This document shows, piece after piece, positions 19,749 to 28,526 of a stretch of DNA of 64,000 bases. Source of the stretch: Sandaracinaceae bacterium (lineage in GTDB: Bacteria > Myxococcota_A > Polyangia > Polyangiales > Sandaracinaceae). The position numbers and the translations under genes are program-made. The notes under the pieces are model-generated. The model saw only the letters and a list, made by a program, of their open reading frames with translations. It was not told the origin of the DNA and made no database searches. Numbering within the stretch: position 1 is the stretch's first letter; each line of letters starts with the position of its first letter. Location: NCBI GenBank assembly GCA_044220955.1, contig JBGAQA010000003.1:25294-89293 (forward strand). Reading direction: 5' to 3'.

Positions 19749-20330
19749 ATGACGCGGCTCGCGGCGGTCATGTGGATGCTGTCGATCGCGGGCGCCACGT
19801 CGAGCGCCCTCGCGCAAGCGTCCGCACCGACCCCCGCGCCGAGCCTGGTGTTCGTCTACGACGGCGGCGGCGCCCACGTCAGCGGCGACCGCTTGCGCCG
19901 GGCGCTGGCGGCGGGGCTGCATCGGCCGGTGCTGCGCCTGACCGACGAGCAGACCGACGCCTCGGGCGGACGGCTGACGATCGTGTACTCGCCGCCCGAT
20001 CGCTGGGTCATCGACTTCGTCCGTGGCGATGCCCACACGACGCGAACCGTGCTGCTCCGGTCGTCGACGGTCGCGCGCCTCACGCGCGTCGCGATCAACA
20101 TCATCACGGACACCGAGCCCGTGCCCGCGCCGACCCGGACCGGCCCCGCGCCCGGCCGCGGCGAGTGGATCGCGCTGATCGGCGACGAGATCCTCGACCC
20201 CTTCGCGGGGCAGACGCCCACGCGGAGCAGGCGCTCCATCGCCCTCGTACAGGAGCTCGTCGATCCCTTCGGCGGCGCCCTCTCGGCGCGGCACACCTAC
20301 GACGACGTGATCGATCCGTGGTCTCGCTGA
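19749..20330 (+). CDS. Secreted hypothetical protein with three (I/L/V)DP(F/W) motifs in the C-terminal part
   Basis: Signal peptide ending SSALAQA; EILDPF, ELVDPF, DVIDPW. Confidence 0.65.
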   Translation: MTRLAAVMWMLSIAGATSSALAQASAPTPAPSLVFVYDGGGAHVSGDRLRRALAAGLHRPVLRLTDEQTDASGGRLTIVYSPPDRWVIDFVRGDAHTTRTVLLRSSTVARLTRVAINIITDTEPVPAPTRTGPAPGRGEWIALIGDEILDPFAGQTPTRSRRSIALVQELVDPFGGALSARHTYDDVIDPWSR

Positions 20331-20331
20331 C

Positions 20332-20748
20332 GTGACGCGCATCCTCGGCATCGGCTGTGGCTTCTTGCTCTTCGGCGGGCTCTGCATCGTCGGGCTCGGC
20401 ATCCCGTGGATGATCGCGCGCACGTCGCCGGCGACCGAGGCGGCCGAGGGGTTCCTCGCGAACGTGCACGATGGCTCGTACGCGGAGGCGCTGGCGCGCA
20501 TGAGCGCGAGCTATCAGTCGACGCACTCGAGCGCCCAGCTGCAGGCGAACGTGGAGAGCATCCCCGCGCTCGCGAACCACACCTTCGCGACCATCGCGAG
20601 CATCGAGACGCACGACGACGGTCACGTCACCGTCGATGGCTCGATCTACGGCCCGGACGGCGAGTCCCCGATCGCGTTCGAGGTCTCCGAGGTCAACGAC
20701 TACTGGTACGTCGATCTCGTCGCGGTCGCGGGGCAGCCCCTTCCATGA
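20332..20748 (+). CDS. Small membrane-anchored protein (NTF2/DUF4864-like)
   Basis: N-terminal TM; AEGFLANVHDGSYAEALARMS; tightly coupled to both neighbours. Confidence 0.6.
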   Translation: MTRILGIGCGFLLFGGLCIVGLGIPWMIARTSPATEAAEGFLANVHDGSYAEALARMSASYQSTHSSAQLQANVESIPALANHTFATIASIETHDDGHVTVDGSIYGPDGESPIAFEVSEVNDYWYVDLVAVAGQPLP

Positions 20749-22127
20749 GGCGCGCGGCGCTGCTCGCAGCGCTCGTGCTCGCGTCGCCGTCGGTGGGGAT
20801 GGCGCACGGACGCCAGCCGTCGCTGGGTCAGATCGCCTTCGACCCCGTCGACCCCGCACACGTCGTGATCCGGGGGACGTGGGCGTTTCTCACGACCCGG
20901 GACACGGCCGGTTCGTTCACTTGGACGTGCGCGCGCGCGGTCGACTTCGACCGCACGATCGAGGATCCGCGCATCGCCGTGCTCGCCTCGGGCCGGGTCC
21001 TGGCCGGGACCTTCGGGGGGCTCTCGCGCTCGGATCCCGCGGGATGCGCGTACGCGCCCTCCACCGATCCGCTCGTCGACGGCTTGCTCGTGATCGACGT
21101 CGCGAGCGATCCCTTCGATCCGAGCGCCGCGTGGGTCGCGACCTCCCCCGGCGCCGTCCCCAACACGATCTTGCACACGACGGACGAGGGCGCCTCGTTC
21201 GAGCTCCGCGGGACGTTCCCGCTCGGCGTCCTGCTCGAGCGCGTGGTGCCGTCGCCCAGCGACCGGATGCGCGTCTACGCGAGCGGTGTCCAGCTCGCGA
21301 CCGCGACCGAGCCGCGCCACGCGTTCGTCTGGCGCTCCTCGGACGGCGGCCGCACGTTCGCGCCGACGGAGATCGCGCTCGTCGACGTGGATCGCACCGA
21401 CTACGGCGAGCGCAACGTGCACGTCGACGCGGTCGATCCGACCGACCCCGACGTCGTGTACGCCCACACCGTGCGGCGCACGACCGACGTGATGGACGAG
21501 CGCCTGCTGCGCTCCGAAGACGGCGGCGCGACGTTCACGCAGGTCGCCGCGCTGCCCGAGATCACGGGGCTGACCCTCGACGAGACCGGAACGCACGTGT
21601 GGACGGGCAGCTGGTACGGCGGCTTCTACCGCTCCGACGACCACGGCCGCACGTTCACGGCGCTCGACCCGACGCTGCGCGTGCGCTGCCTATCCTACCG
21701 ACCCAGGGAGCTCTGGATCTGCACCGACGACGTGACCGGGCCCTTCGCGCTCGGGCGGTCCATCGACATGGGCGTCACGATCGATCCCCTCTGGGCCTTC
21801 CAGGACGCCGTCAACGACGTCGGGTGCCCGGCGTGCACGCAGGTCGGCGATGTCTGCCCGGCGTACTGGCCCGACGTGCAATTCGACCTGGGTCTGACCA
21901 CGGCGACCGACGCGCTCCCGCCCGATCCCGACGCGTCGAGCTCCAGCTGCATCGATGGCGCGCTGCCCGACGCGGGGATGATGGACGCCGCGAGGATGGA
22001 CGCGGGTGTCGCCGGTGCGCCGCCCGCGGGGTGCGCCTGTCACGCCGCGACGGGCCGTGGGCCTCTCCTGCCGTGGCTCGTGGTCCTCGCGGCGACGTTC
22101 GTGCGTCGACGGCGTCGCTGCGATTGA
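20745..22127 (+). CDS. BNR/Asp-box beta-propeller surface protein with MYXO-CTERM-like tail
   Basis: SSDGGRTF, SEDGGATF, SDDHGRTF repeats; C-terminal GCAC, TM and RRRRR. Confidence 0.82.
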   Translation: MRRAALLAALVLASPSVGMAHGRQPSLGQIAFDPVDPAHVVIRGTWAFLTTRDTAGSFTWTCARAVDFDRTIEDPRIAVLASGRVLAGTFGGLSRSDPAGCAYAPSTDPLVDGLLVIDVASDPFDPSAAWVATSPGAVPNTILHTTDEGASFELRGTFPLGVLLERVVPSPSDRMRVYASGVQLATATEPRHAFVWRSSDGGRTFAPTEIALVDVDRTDYGERNVHVDAVDPTDPDVVYAHTVRRTTDVMDERLLRSEDGGATFTQVAALPEITGLTLDETGTHVWTGSWYGGFYRSDDHGRTFTALDPTLRVRCLSYRPRELWICTDDVTGPFALGRSIDMGVTIDPLWAFQDAVNDVGCPACTQVGDVCPAYWPDVQFDLGLTTATDALPPDPDASSSSCIDGALPDAGMMDAARMDAGVAGAPPAGCACHAATGRGPLLPWLVVLAATFVRRRRRCD

Positions 22128-22153
22128 CGGCATGCGAGCTTGGTTCGTACGCT
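22124..22153 (+). promoter_or_regulatory. Possible sigma70 promoter for the TPR-PEGA gene
   Basis: TTGACG-N18-TACGCT; GGAGG before ATG 22194. Confidence 0.45.
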
Positions 22154-22193
22154 CCGAGCGGACGCGGTCGTCGCCGCGTGGCTCGGAGGATCC

Positions 22194-23321
22194 ATGGCCC
22201 GCTTCGCCTACTTGCTCTCCCTCCTCTTCGCGCTCTCGCTCGCTCTGCCGGCTGCGGCTCAGGACGACACCGCGCGCGCGAGAGAGGAATTCCAGCATGG
22301 CGTGGAGTTCTTCCAGAACGGCGACTACCAGCATGCGCTGGACTCCTTCCAAGAGGCCTATCGCCTCGCGCCTCACGCGAGCGTGCGGCTCAACATCGCC
22401 AACTGCTACCAGCAGCTGAACCGACCGGTCGAGGCGCTCTTCCACTTCGAGCACTATCTGGCGGAGGCCGATCACCCGGCCGCCGCGCAGCGGCGCGAGA
22501 TCGAGGCCACGATCCGCGAGCTGCAGCAGCGCATCGGCACCATCACGCTCCACGTCACGCCGGACGGGGCCACGGTCACGATCGACGGCACCGACCAGCG
22601 GCGCGCGCCGGTCCTCGAGCCGGTCCGTGTGGTGCAAGGGCGGCACACGGTCGAGATCCGACTCGACGGCTACCGGACGGAGACCCAGACGGTCGACGTC
22701 TCGGGCGGCGCCGACGCGCGCGTCGCGGTGCGGCTCGCGCGTGCCGACGCCGTGGCGAGCACGACCACGTCCGGCGGGACCGAGGCGACCACGGCCACCA
22801 CGACCACGCCCACGCAGACCGAGACGCCGACCGAGACGACCACCACGACAGAGGCGTCCACGACGCTGTCCACGCCGGTCGAAGCCGCCAGCACGGAGAC
22901 CACGACGCCGACCGAGACCGAGACGCCGTCTTCGGGGGGCGGCGGGGGCGGGATCGTCATCAATTGGCCGACGATCCTTGCCGCGAGCGTCACGGGGGCC
23001 GCTCTGATCGTCGGGCTGATCACGGGACCCTTGGCCATCCAGGCCAACGATCGCTTCAACGCAGACGTGATCGACTCCCGCGACCCCGATCCGACCGTCG
23101 CGGCGGACGCGCGCGCCGACGGCGAGAACCAGGCATCCACGGCACGCACGCTCGCCGCGGTGACGGACGTGATGATCGTGACCACGATCCTCGGGGCCGC
23201 CGCCACGGTGACGCTCTTCATCCTCGACCAGACGAACGCGCCGCAAGACGGCGAGCACGTCGCCGTCGTCCCGGTGATCACGCCCTACGGCGGTGGGGTC
23301 GCGGCTCTCGGGCGCTTCTGA
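22194..23321 (+). CDS. TPR plus PEGA domain protein with Thr-rich linker
   Basis: Signal peptide; TPR (FQNGDYQHALDSFQEAYRL...LNIANCY); PEGA (VTPDGATVTIDG...GRHTVEIRLDGY); typical myxobacterial C-terminus GGGVAALGRF. Confidence 0.85.
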   Translation: MARFAYLLSLLFALSLALPAAAQDDTARAREEFQHGVEFFQNGDYQHALDSFQEAYRLAPHASVRLNIANCYQQLNRPVEALFHFEHYLAEADHPAAAQRREIEATIRELQQRIGTITLHVTPDGATVTIDGTDQRRAPVLEPVRVVQGRHTVEIRLDGYRTETQTVDVSGGADARVAVRLARADAVASTTTSGGTEATTATTTTPTQTETPTETTTTTEASTTLSTPVEAASTETTTPTETETPSSGGGGGGIVINWPTILAASVTGAALIVGLITGPLAIQANDRFNADVIDSRDPDPTVAADARADGENQASTARTLAAVTDVMIVTTILGAAATVTLFILDQTNAPQDGEHVAVVPVITPYGGGVAALGRF

Positions 23322-23343
23322 TCAGTGCCGGCTCGGCGCGCGA

Positions 23344-24207
23344 TCAGCCGCGCCCGGTGCCGACCGTCGCGAGATACACCCAGCACGCGGTCGCGGTGAA
23401 CATCAGCGCATCGACGCGGTCGAGCATCCCACCGTGGCCCGGCAGGATGTTGCCGCTGTCCTTCACACCGGTCGAGCGCTTCACGAGCGACTCGACGAGG
23501 TCGCCCGCCTGTCCGAGCACGTTCGCGATCGCCGCCAGCACGAGCGCGTCCAGGAGCGGCAGCGTCGGCATGAACCAGTAGTGAGCGGCGATGGCGCCGG
23601 TCAGGCTCGCGAGCCAGCCGCCGATCGCCCCCTCCACGGTCTTGGCCGGGGAGACCCGTGGTGCGAGCTTGTGCTTGCCGAAGAAGCGCCCCGCGAAGTA
23701 GGCGCCCGTGTCGCTCGCCCACGCGATCCACATCGCGAGCAGCACCCACGCGCCGCCGTGCGGCCCGGCGTGGATACGACCGAGCGAGGCGAGCAGCCCA
23801 CCGACGTAGAGGGGCCCGGCGATGAGCCACGCGAGCCGCTGGCCCGCGCGATCGAGCGGCTCGGGGCGGGCGAGCGGAGTGAGCACCCCGACCGCGACGA
23901 CGACGAGAATCGACAGCGAGTGCCACGCCCCGTTCGTGGTGAGAATGAGAGTCGCTGCCAGCTGGAGCGTGGACGCGAGGCCCAGGGCGTACGCCTCGCG
24001 TGCATCCTGCATGGTCATGCGCATCAGCTCGTGAGCGGCCCGCGCGATCGCCACGAGCACGAGGCCCTGGTAGGCCCATTCGGGCGCCACGAACATGAAA
24101 TAGAGCAGGATCGGGATGCCGACCGCGGCCGTCGCGAGGCGCGTCAGCGTGTTGCGTACGAACCCGCTCTTGGCGGAGGCGGTCGTCGCGGCGGCGGGCT
24201 CAGACAT
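23344..24207 (-). CDS. cdsA: Phosphatidate cytidylyltransferase
   Basis: WASDTGAYFAGRFFGKHKLAPRVSPAKTVEG; ESLVKRSTGVKDSGNILPGHGGMLDRVDA. Confidence 0.96.
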   Translation of the reverse strand: MSEPAAATTASAKSGFVRNTLTRLATAAVGIPILLYFMFVAPEWAYQGLVLVAIARAAHELMRMTMQDAREAYALGLASTLQLAATLILTTNGAWHSLSILVVVAVGVLTPLARPEPLDRAGQRLAWLIAGPLYVGGLLASLGRIHAGPHGGAWVLLAMWIAWASDTGAYFAGRFFGKHKLAPRVSPAKTVEGAIGGWLASLTGAIAAHYWFMPTLPLLDALVLAAIANVLGQAGDLVESLVKRSTGVKDSGNILPGHGGMLDRVDALMFTATACWVYLATVGTGRG

Positions 24208-24979
24208 GGACGGTGGGAACGGTCTCGTCGGTCTGCACCGCCGGCTGGGTCTTGCCGAAGCGGCGATCGCGAGCGCGGAACGCTGCGAACGCCTCTCCGA
24301 GATCGCTCTCGTCGAAGTCGGGCCACAAGCGCTCGGCGAAGTAGAGCTCCGCGTAGGCCGCGCCGAACAGGATGAAGTTCGAGATGCGCTGCTCGCCGCC
24401 GGTCCGGATCAGCAGGTCGACGTCGCCGACGTCGATCGAGGGGAGCGCGGTTCGGAGCACAGACTCGTCGATCGAGCTCGGATCGAGCTCTCCGGCAACG
24501 ACGCGGCTCGCGAGCAGGCGCGCTGCGTCGACGATCTCCTCCCGGCCACCGAACGAGAGCGCCAGCGTCAGCGTCATCTTCGAGAGACCGGAGGTGTCGC
24601 GCTCGATCTCGCCCAGCACGCGGCGGACGCGCTCCGGCAGCCGATGGATACGGCCTACCGCACGGAGCTTGATGTCGTTGTCCAGCAGCTCCTGGCGCTC
24701 GGAGATGAGGAACTCGCAGAGCAGCTCCATGAGCGCGTCCACCTCGCCGCGCGAGCGCTGCCAGTTCTGCTCGCTGAACGCGAAGAGCGTGAGCGCCTGG
24801 ACGCCCATCCGGCGACACGCCCGCGTCACGCGCCGGACCGCCTCGCTTCCCTCACGATGACCGAACGGGCGCGGCAGGCCCCGACGCTCGGCCCATCGAC
24901 CGTTGCCGTCCATGATGATGGCGACGTGCCCCGGGACGGGCGGCAGGGTCGTGGTCACGGTCACGTCGCGGGCTACCAC
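24200..24979 (-). CDS. uppS: Undecaprenyl diphosphate synthase (cis-prenyltransferase); start may lie a few codons downstream
   Basis: HVAIIMDGNGRWA, AFSEQNW, DLLIRTGGEQRISNF, RDRRFG. Confidence 0.96.
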   Translation of the reverse strand: MVARDVTVTTTLPPVPGHVAIIMDGNGRWAERRGLPRPFGHREGSEAVRRVTRACRRMGVQALTLFAFSEQNWQRSRGEVDALMELLCEFLISERQELLDNDIKLRAVGRIHRLPERVRRVLGEIERDTSGLSKMTLTLALSFGGREEIVDAARLLASRVVAGELDPSSIDESVLRTALPSIDVGDVDLLIRTGGEQRISNFILFGAAYAELYFAERLWPDFDESDLGEAFAAFRARDRRFGKTQPAVQTDETVPTVHV

Positions 24980-25039
24980 GGCGGAATTGCGGCTTCAAGC
25001 GCGCGGCGGCGGATGGTCGCGACGGCGTGGCGAACGGTC

Positions 25040-25055
25040 GGTTTCACGTGAAACG
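25040..25055. other. parS centromere-like site 1
   Basis: GGTTTCACGTGAAACG, with a perfect 14-bp core of the TGTTTCACGTGAAACA consensus. Confidence 0.88.
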
Positions 25056-25065
25056 CCCCGCTGGG

Positions 25066-25081
25066 GTTTTCACGTGAAACG
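25066..25081. other. parS centromere-like site 2
   Basis: GTTTTCACGTGAAACG, 26 bp from site 1. Confidence 0.8.
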
Positions 25082-25099
25082 CGCTAGCCCTGGCTCGTC

Positions 25100-26293
25100 G
25101 TGCACCTCGAGACCCATCTGCGCGCGCTGCTCGAGACCGCGCAGGCCCAGGGCCTGCTCCGCGTTCCGGAGACCTACGAGACCGAGGGCGCCGCCGTCCG
25201 CGGCGCGGGCGGAGCGTGGATCTCCTTCGCGTCCAACGACTACCTGGGCCTGGCCGAGCACCCGAGCCTGCGGGCGGCCCTCGCGCGCGGGGCCGAACGC
25301 CTCGCAGGCGCGGGCTCCAGCCGCGTCGTGGCCGGCACCTCGCAAGCCCACCGCGACGCCGAGGCGTCCCTCGCCAGCCTGGTCGGGCTCCCGGCCGCGC
25401 GCGTCTTCTCCTCCGCCTACGCCGCCAACGTGGGCGTGCTCGGGAGCCTCTTCGGCCGCGCCGACGTGCTCCTCTGCGACGCGCTGAACCACGCCAGCCT
25501 CATCGATGGAGCGCGCCTGACCCGCGCGCGCGTCGAGATCTATCGCCATGGCGATCTCGATCACCTCGAGGCCCTGCTGCGCGCGCATCACCCGAGCGGC
25601 GTGGTCGCCGTCGTGTCCGAGACGGTGTTCTCGATGGACGGCGACGTCGCCGACGTCGCACGGCTCGCGCGGCTCGCGCACGAGCACGGCGCAGCGCTGG
25701 TGGTCGACGAGGCGCACGCGCTCGGCGTCATCGGCCCGTCCGGACGCGGGGTCTGCGCCGCGGCAGGCGTCACCCCCGACGTGCTGGTCGGCGGGCTCGG
25801 CAAGGCCTTCGGATTGGCGGGCGGGTTCGTCGCCGGCACTCCCTCGCTCGCACGCGCCATCGACAACTTCGGGCGGACCTTCGTGTTCTCGACGGCGGTC
25901 CTGCCCGCCCTGGCGTGGGCCGTCCCGACCGCCACCCAGCTCCTGCTCGACGCCGAGCCCGCCCGCACGACCCTGCAGGCCCACGCCGACGCCGTCCGCA
26001 GGCATGCTCGCCGCCTGCGTCTAGAGGCCCTGGGCCGGGCACCCGGCGTCATCGTGCCCGTGATCCTCGGCGCACCCGAGGCCGCGATGCGGGCGGCAGA
26101 GCGCCTCCGCGCCCACGGCGTCCTGGTCCCCGCGATGCGGCCGCCCACCGTCGCCGCCGGGACGTCCCGGCTCCGTATCACGCCGACCGCTCTGCACACC
26201 GACGCGGACCTGGCGCGCCTCGGCGCGGCGCTCGACGGTGCGCTCGCCTCACCACGAGACGGCGATCACGGCGATCAGCCCGAGCACACGTAG
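25100..26293 (+). CDS. bioF: 8-amino-7-oxononanoate synthase (alpha-oxoamine synthase family)
   Basis: FASNDYLGL, DALNHASLIDG, ETVFSMDGD, VDEAHA, PLP lysine in LGKAFG, RPPTV...SRLRIT. Confidence 0.85.
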   Translation: MHLETHLRALLETAQAQGLLRVPETYETEGAAVRGAGGAWISFASNDYLGLAEHPSLRAALARGAERLAGAGSSRVVAGTSQAHRDAEASLASLVGLPAARVFSSAYAANVGVLGSLFGRADVLLCDALNHASLIDGARLTRARVEIYRHGDLDHLEALLRAHHPSGVVAVVSETVFSMDGDVADVARLARLAHEHGAALVVDEAHALGVIGPSGRGVCAAAGVTPDVLVGGLGKAFGLAGGFVAGTPSLARAIDNFGRTFVFSTAVLPALAWAVPTATQLLLDAEPARTTLQAHADAVRRHARRLRLEALGRAPGVIVPVILGAPEAAMRAAERLRAHGVLVPAMRPPTVAAGTSRLRITPTALHTDADLARLGAALDGALASPRDGDHGDQPEHT

Positions 26294-26593
26294 CACCAGG
26301 CCGATCGCCATCGGCTTCCACGCCGGATCCGCCGTCCGGCGCGCCGCGAGGACCCATCGCAGCAGGGGGTCGTTGAGCCACGCGAACGCGGCGATCCCGA
26401 ACGCGAGCAGGGCGCCTCGCAGGCCCACCTCCAGATCCGCCGTCAGGCCGAGCAGCCCGACCGCTCCGATCAGCGTCCAGGACAGACGGGCGCGGAACAT
26501 CCGATCCACGAACCTTCGCCGCTCGTCGTGCACGGCCGCCACGTAGCGCCTCGCGCTCTCGACTTCAACGCTTGCGACCCGCCCGTCGGCCAT
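26249..26593 (-). CDS. Small hypothetical membrane protein
   Basis: About three hydrophobic segments; overlaps the bioF 3' end by 45 bp; start uncertain. Confidence 0.5.
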   Translation of the reverse strand: MADGRVASVEVESARRYVAAVHDERRRFVDRMFRARLSWTLIGAVGLLGLTADLEVGLRGALLAFGIAAFAWLNDPLLRWVLAARRTADPAWKPMAIGLVLRVLGLIAVIAVSW

Positions 26594-26606
26594 GTATCCG
26601 GCAGGC

Positions 26607-27416
26607 ATGTCGCGCCGCATTGGCTCCCTCGTCGCCCTCTTGCTCGCGGCCTGCGCCGGTCACGCCGCCGAGCCCGTCGTACCGGCCGACGGCGAGGCCA
26701 CGGGCTCGGAGAGCGAGCCCCCCCCACCCACGACCCCGCCGCCACCACCGGCGGAGCTGCGCCTGATCCACGCGGCCGTGGAGTCCCGGGAGCAGCCCGT
26801 CACGCTCGTGATCGATGCGAGCGCCGCGACCGCCGCCACGGGCTACGAGTTCGCGAGCGCGTACCTCCCGACGACGCCGGCCGAGCACCCCGTGTCGGCG
26901 CGGGCCAGCGAAACCGAGCTGATCGGTGCCTCGTTCTCGTTTCCGGAGGGACGCTCGACGCTGATCGCGTACTCGACCGCCGACTTCCCCGTCGCCCTCG
27001 CCCTGGCGTCGGACACCGCGGAGCCGGCGCCCGATGGTTCGGCTCAGATCCGGGTGTTTCACGCCCTCGTGGGCCAGGGCGCCGTCGATGTCTGCAGTCC
27101 GCCAGCGACGGCACGCGGCGACGGAGCGCCCGTGGTGCTGGACGTGGCTCCTGGCGCCCTCGGTTCCGACGGTCGCTACACCATCGTCCCGGCCGGCACC
27201 GAGCTGGCCGTCCAGCTCCGGGCCCATCACGCGACCCCATGCCACGGCCGCGCGATCGGCATCGCGCACGGGTTCACGCCGGTCTCGGCCGCGAACTACA
27301 CCCTCGTGTTCGTGGGGCGCACCGGGCGGCGGGGCGTGAGCCCCGAGCTGCTGTTCTGCGCGGATCCGCCGGCAGACGACACCTCCTGCGCGACCGTCGC
27401 CATCGACGCCCACTGA
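26607..27416 (+). CDS. Lipoprotein with two DUF4397-like repeats
   Basis: Lipobox LLAAC; LRLIHAA and IRVFHALVGQGAVDV. Confidence 0.7.
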   Translation: MSRRIGSLVALLLAACAGHAAEPVVPADGEATGSESEPPPPTTPPPPPAELRLIHAAVESREQPVTLVIDASAATAATGYEFASAYLPTTPAEHPVSARASETELIGASFSFPEGRSTLIAYSTADFPVALALASDTAEPAPDGSAQIRVFHALVGQGAVDVCSPPATARGDGAPVVLDVAPGALGSDGRYTIVPAGTELAVQLRAHHATPCHGRAIGIAHGFTPVSAANYTLVFVGRTGRRGVSPELLFCADPPADDTSCATVAIDAH

Positions 27417-27467
27417 GGGGCTGGCCGTTTTCTTGGGCGTTCGCCGGACCGCCCCTAGGTTCGGGGC

Positions 27468-28472
27468 GTGCGCGGCGCACTCGCCATCGCCTTGTGGGCC
27501 TTGCTCCTCGCGAGCGCGGGCGTCGCCCGCGCTCAGCTCGTGCCGGTGCCGTGCACGATCGCCGAGGGGGAGACGATCGCCGCGATCGCGACGCGCTTCG
27601 GCGTGACCGTGGGGGACATCGCCGAGCTCAACGAGGACACGGATCTCGCGGCCCTGGCGCCCGGGACCGAGATCGCCGTGGCCTACGGTGAGCGAGTCGA
27701 GCACCGGGTCGCGCGCGGGGAGACCTTGCTGCGCATCGCTCGCCACTACGGCGTCCACGCGGTCGACGTCGCCCGCTGGAACGCGCTCTCCGACCCTCGA
27801 CGCCTCCGGGCCGACACCGTCCTCGTGGTGTTCGCCTGGCCTCGAATCCCCCCATCCTCTTCCATCGGGCGGCCGAGCCACGGGAGCCTCGAGAACGGCG
27901 TCGCCCTGCGCACCGGCCCACGGTGGGAGATCCACGACCGCAGCCGCGCCTTCGTCACGCGGGACGCCGCCGACGCGCTCACCCGGGCCTTCGAGGCGGT
28001 CGCGGCGCGCTGGCCGGCATCGCCGCGGGTCGAGATCCGCGACGCGAGCGTCGAGCACGGCGGACCCCTCGCGGGACATCACAGCCACCAGAGCGGGCGC
28101 GACGTCGACCTCGCCTACTTCCGGCGCACGTGTAGCGGCGAAACCTGCCGCCATCATCGCGTCGGACCGGCCGACCTCGACGCGGAGCGCCAGTGGGCCC
28201 TGCTCGAGGTCTGGCTCCGCGCGGGACTGGTCGACTACGTGTTCATCGACCACGCACTGCAGGAGCCCCTCTACCGCGCCGCGCGGGCGAGCGGAGCTTC
28301 GTCCGCCGACCTCGCGCGCTGGTTCCAGTGGCCGGGCGACCAGGACCTTCACGCCGGCGTGATACGCCATGCGCACGGGCATGCCGACCACCTGCACGTC
28401 CGCTTCGGCTGCGCGGAGCACGATCGCGAGTGTGGGCCCCGACGAGGCGGAGACGAAGAAGAAGATCCTTGA
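27468..28472 (+). CDS. Two LysM domains plus MepA-family (penicillin-insensitive) murein endopeptidase
   Basis: LysM GETIAAIATRFGV and HRVARGETLLRIARHYGV; IGRPSHGSLENG; Zn motifs HHSHQSGRDVD and HADHLHVR. Confidence 0.88.
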   Translation: MRGALAIALWALLLASAGVARAQLVPVPCTIAEGETIAAIATRFGVTVGDIAELNEDTDLAALAPGTEIAVAYGERVEHRVARGETLLRIARHYGVHAVDVARWNALSDPRRLRADTVLVVFAWPRIPPSSSIGRPSHGSLENGVALRTGPRWEIHDRSRAFVTRDAADALTRAFEAVAARWPASPRVEIRDASVEHGGPLAGHHSHQSGRDVDLAYFRRTCSGETCRHHRVGPADLDAERQWALLEVWLRAGLVDYVFIDHALQEPLYRAARASGASSADLARWFQWPGDQDLHAGVIRHAHGHADHLHVRFGCAEHDRECGPRRGGDEEEDP

Positions 28473-28506
28473 CTTCGCTCGGGCAGCGTTCACAATATTT
28501 TGAACG
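28469..28506 (+). promoter_or_regulatory. Putative men-operon promoter with operator-like palindrome
   Basis: TTGACT-N16-CACAAT, overlapped by CGTTCA-CAATATTT-TGAACG at 28487-28506; an AT-rich patch in a very GC-rich background. Confidence 0.6.
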
Positions 28507-28526
28507 TTTAGCCTCGGAGCCAAGGC

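Noticed and set aside
19610..23321. Possible genomic island integrated at tRNA-Ala
   Set aside because: No integrase, no duplicated tRNA 3' end seen, and no evident compositional shift.
25100..26293. Serine palmitoyltransferase (sphingolipid synthesis) instead of BioF
   Set aside because: LGKAFG and RPPTV...SRLRIT fit BioF better than the GTFSKS motif of SPT; other bio genes are absent, so some doubt remains.
28487..28506. Rex, LexA or CarH operator
   Set aside because: Half-sites are everted relative to Rex and LexA boxes, and no clear series of 11-bp TnnACA direct repeats is present.
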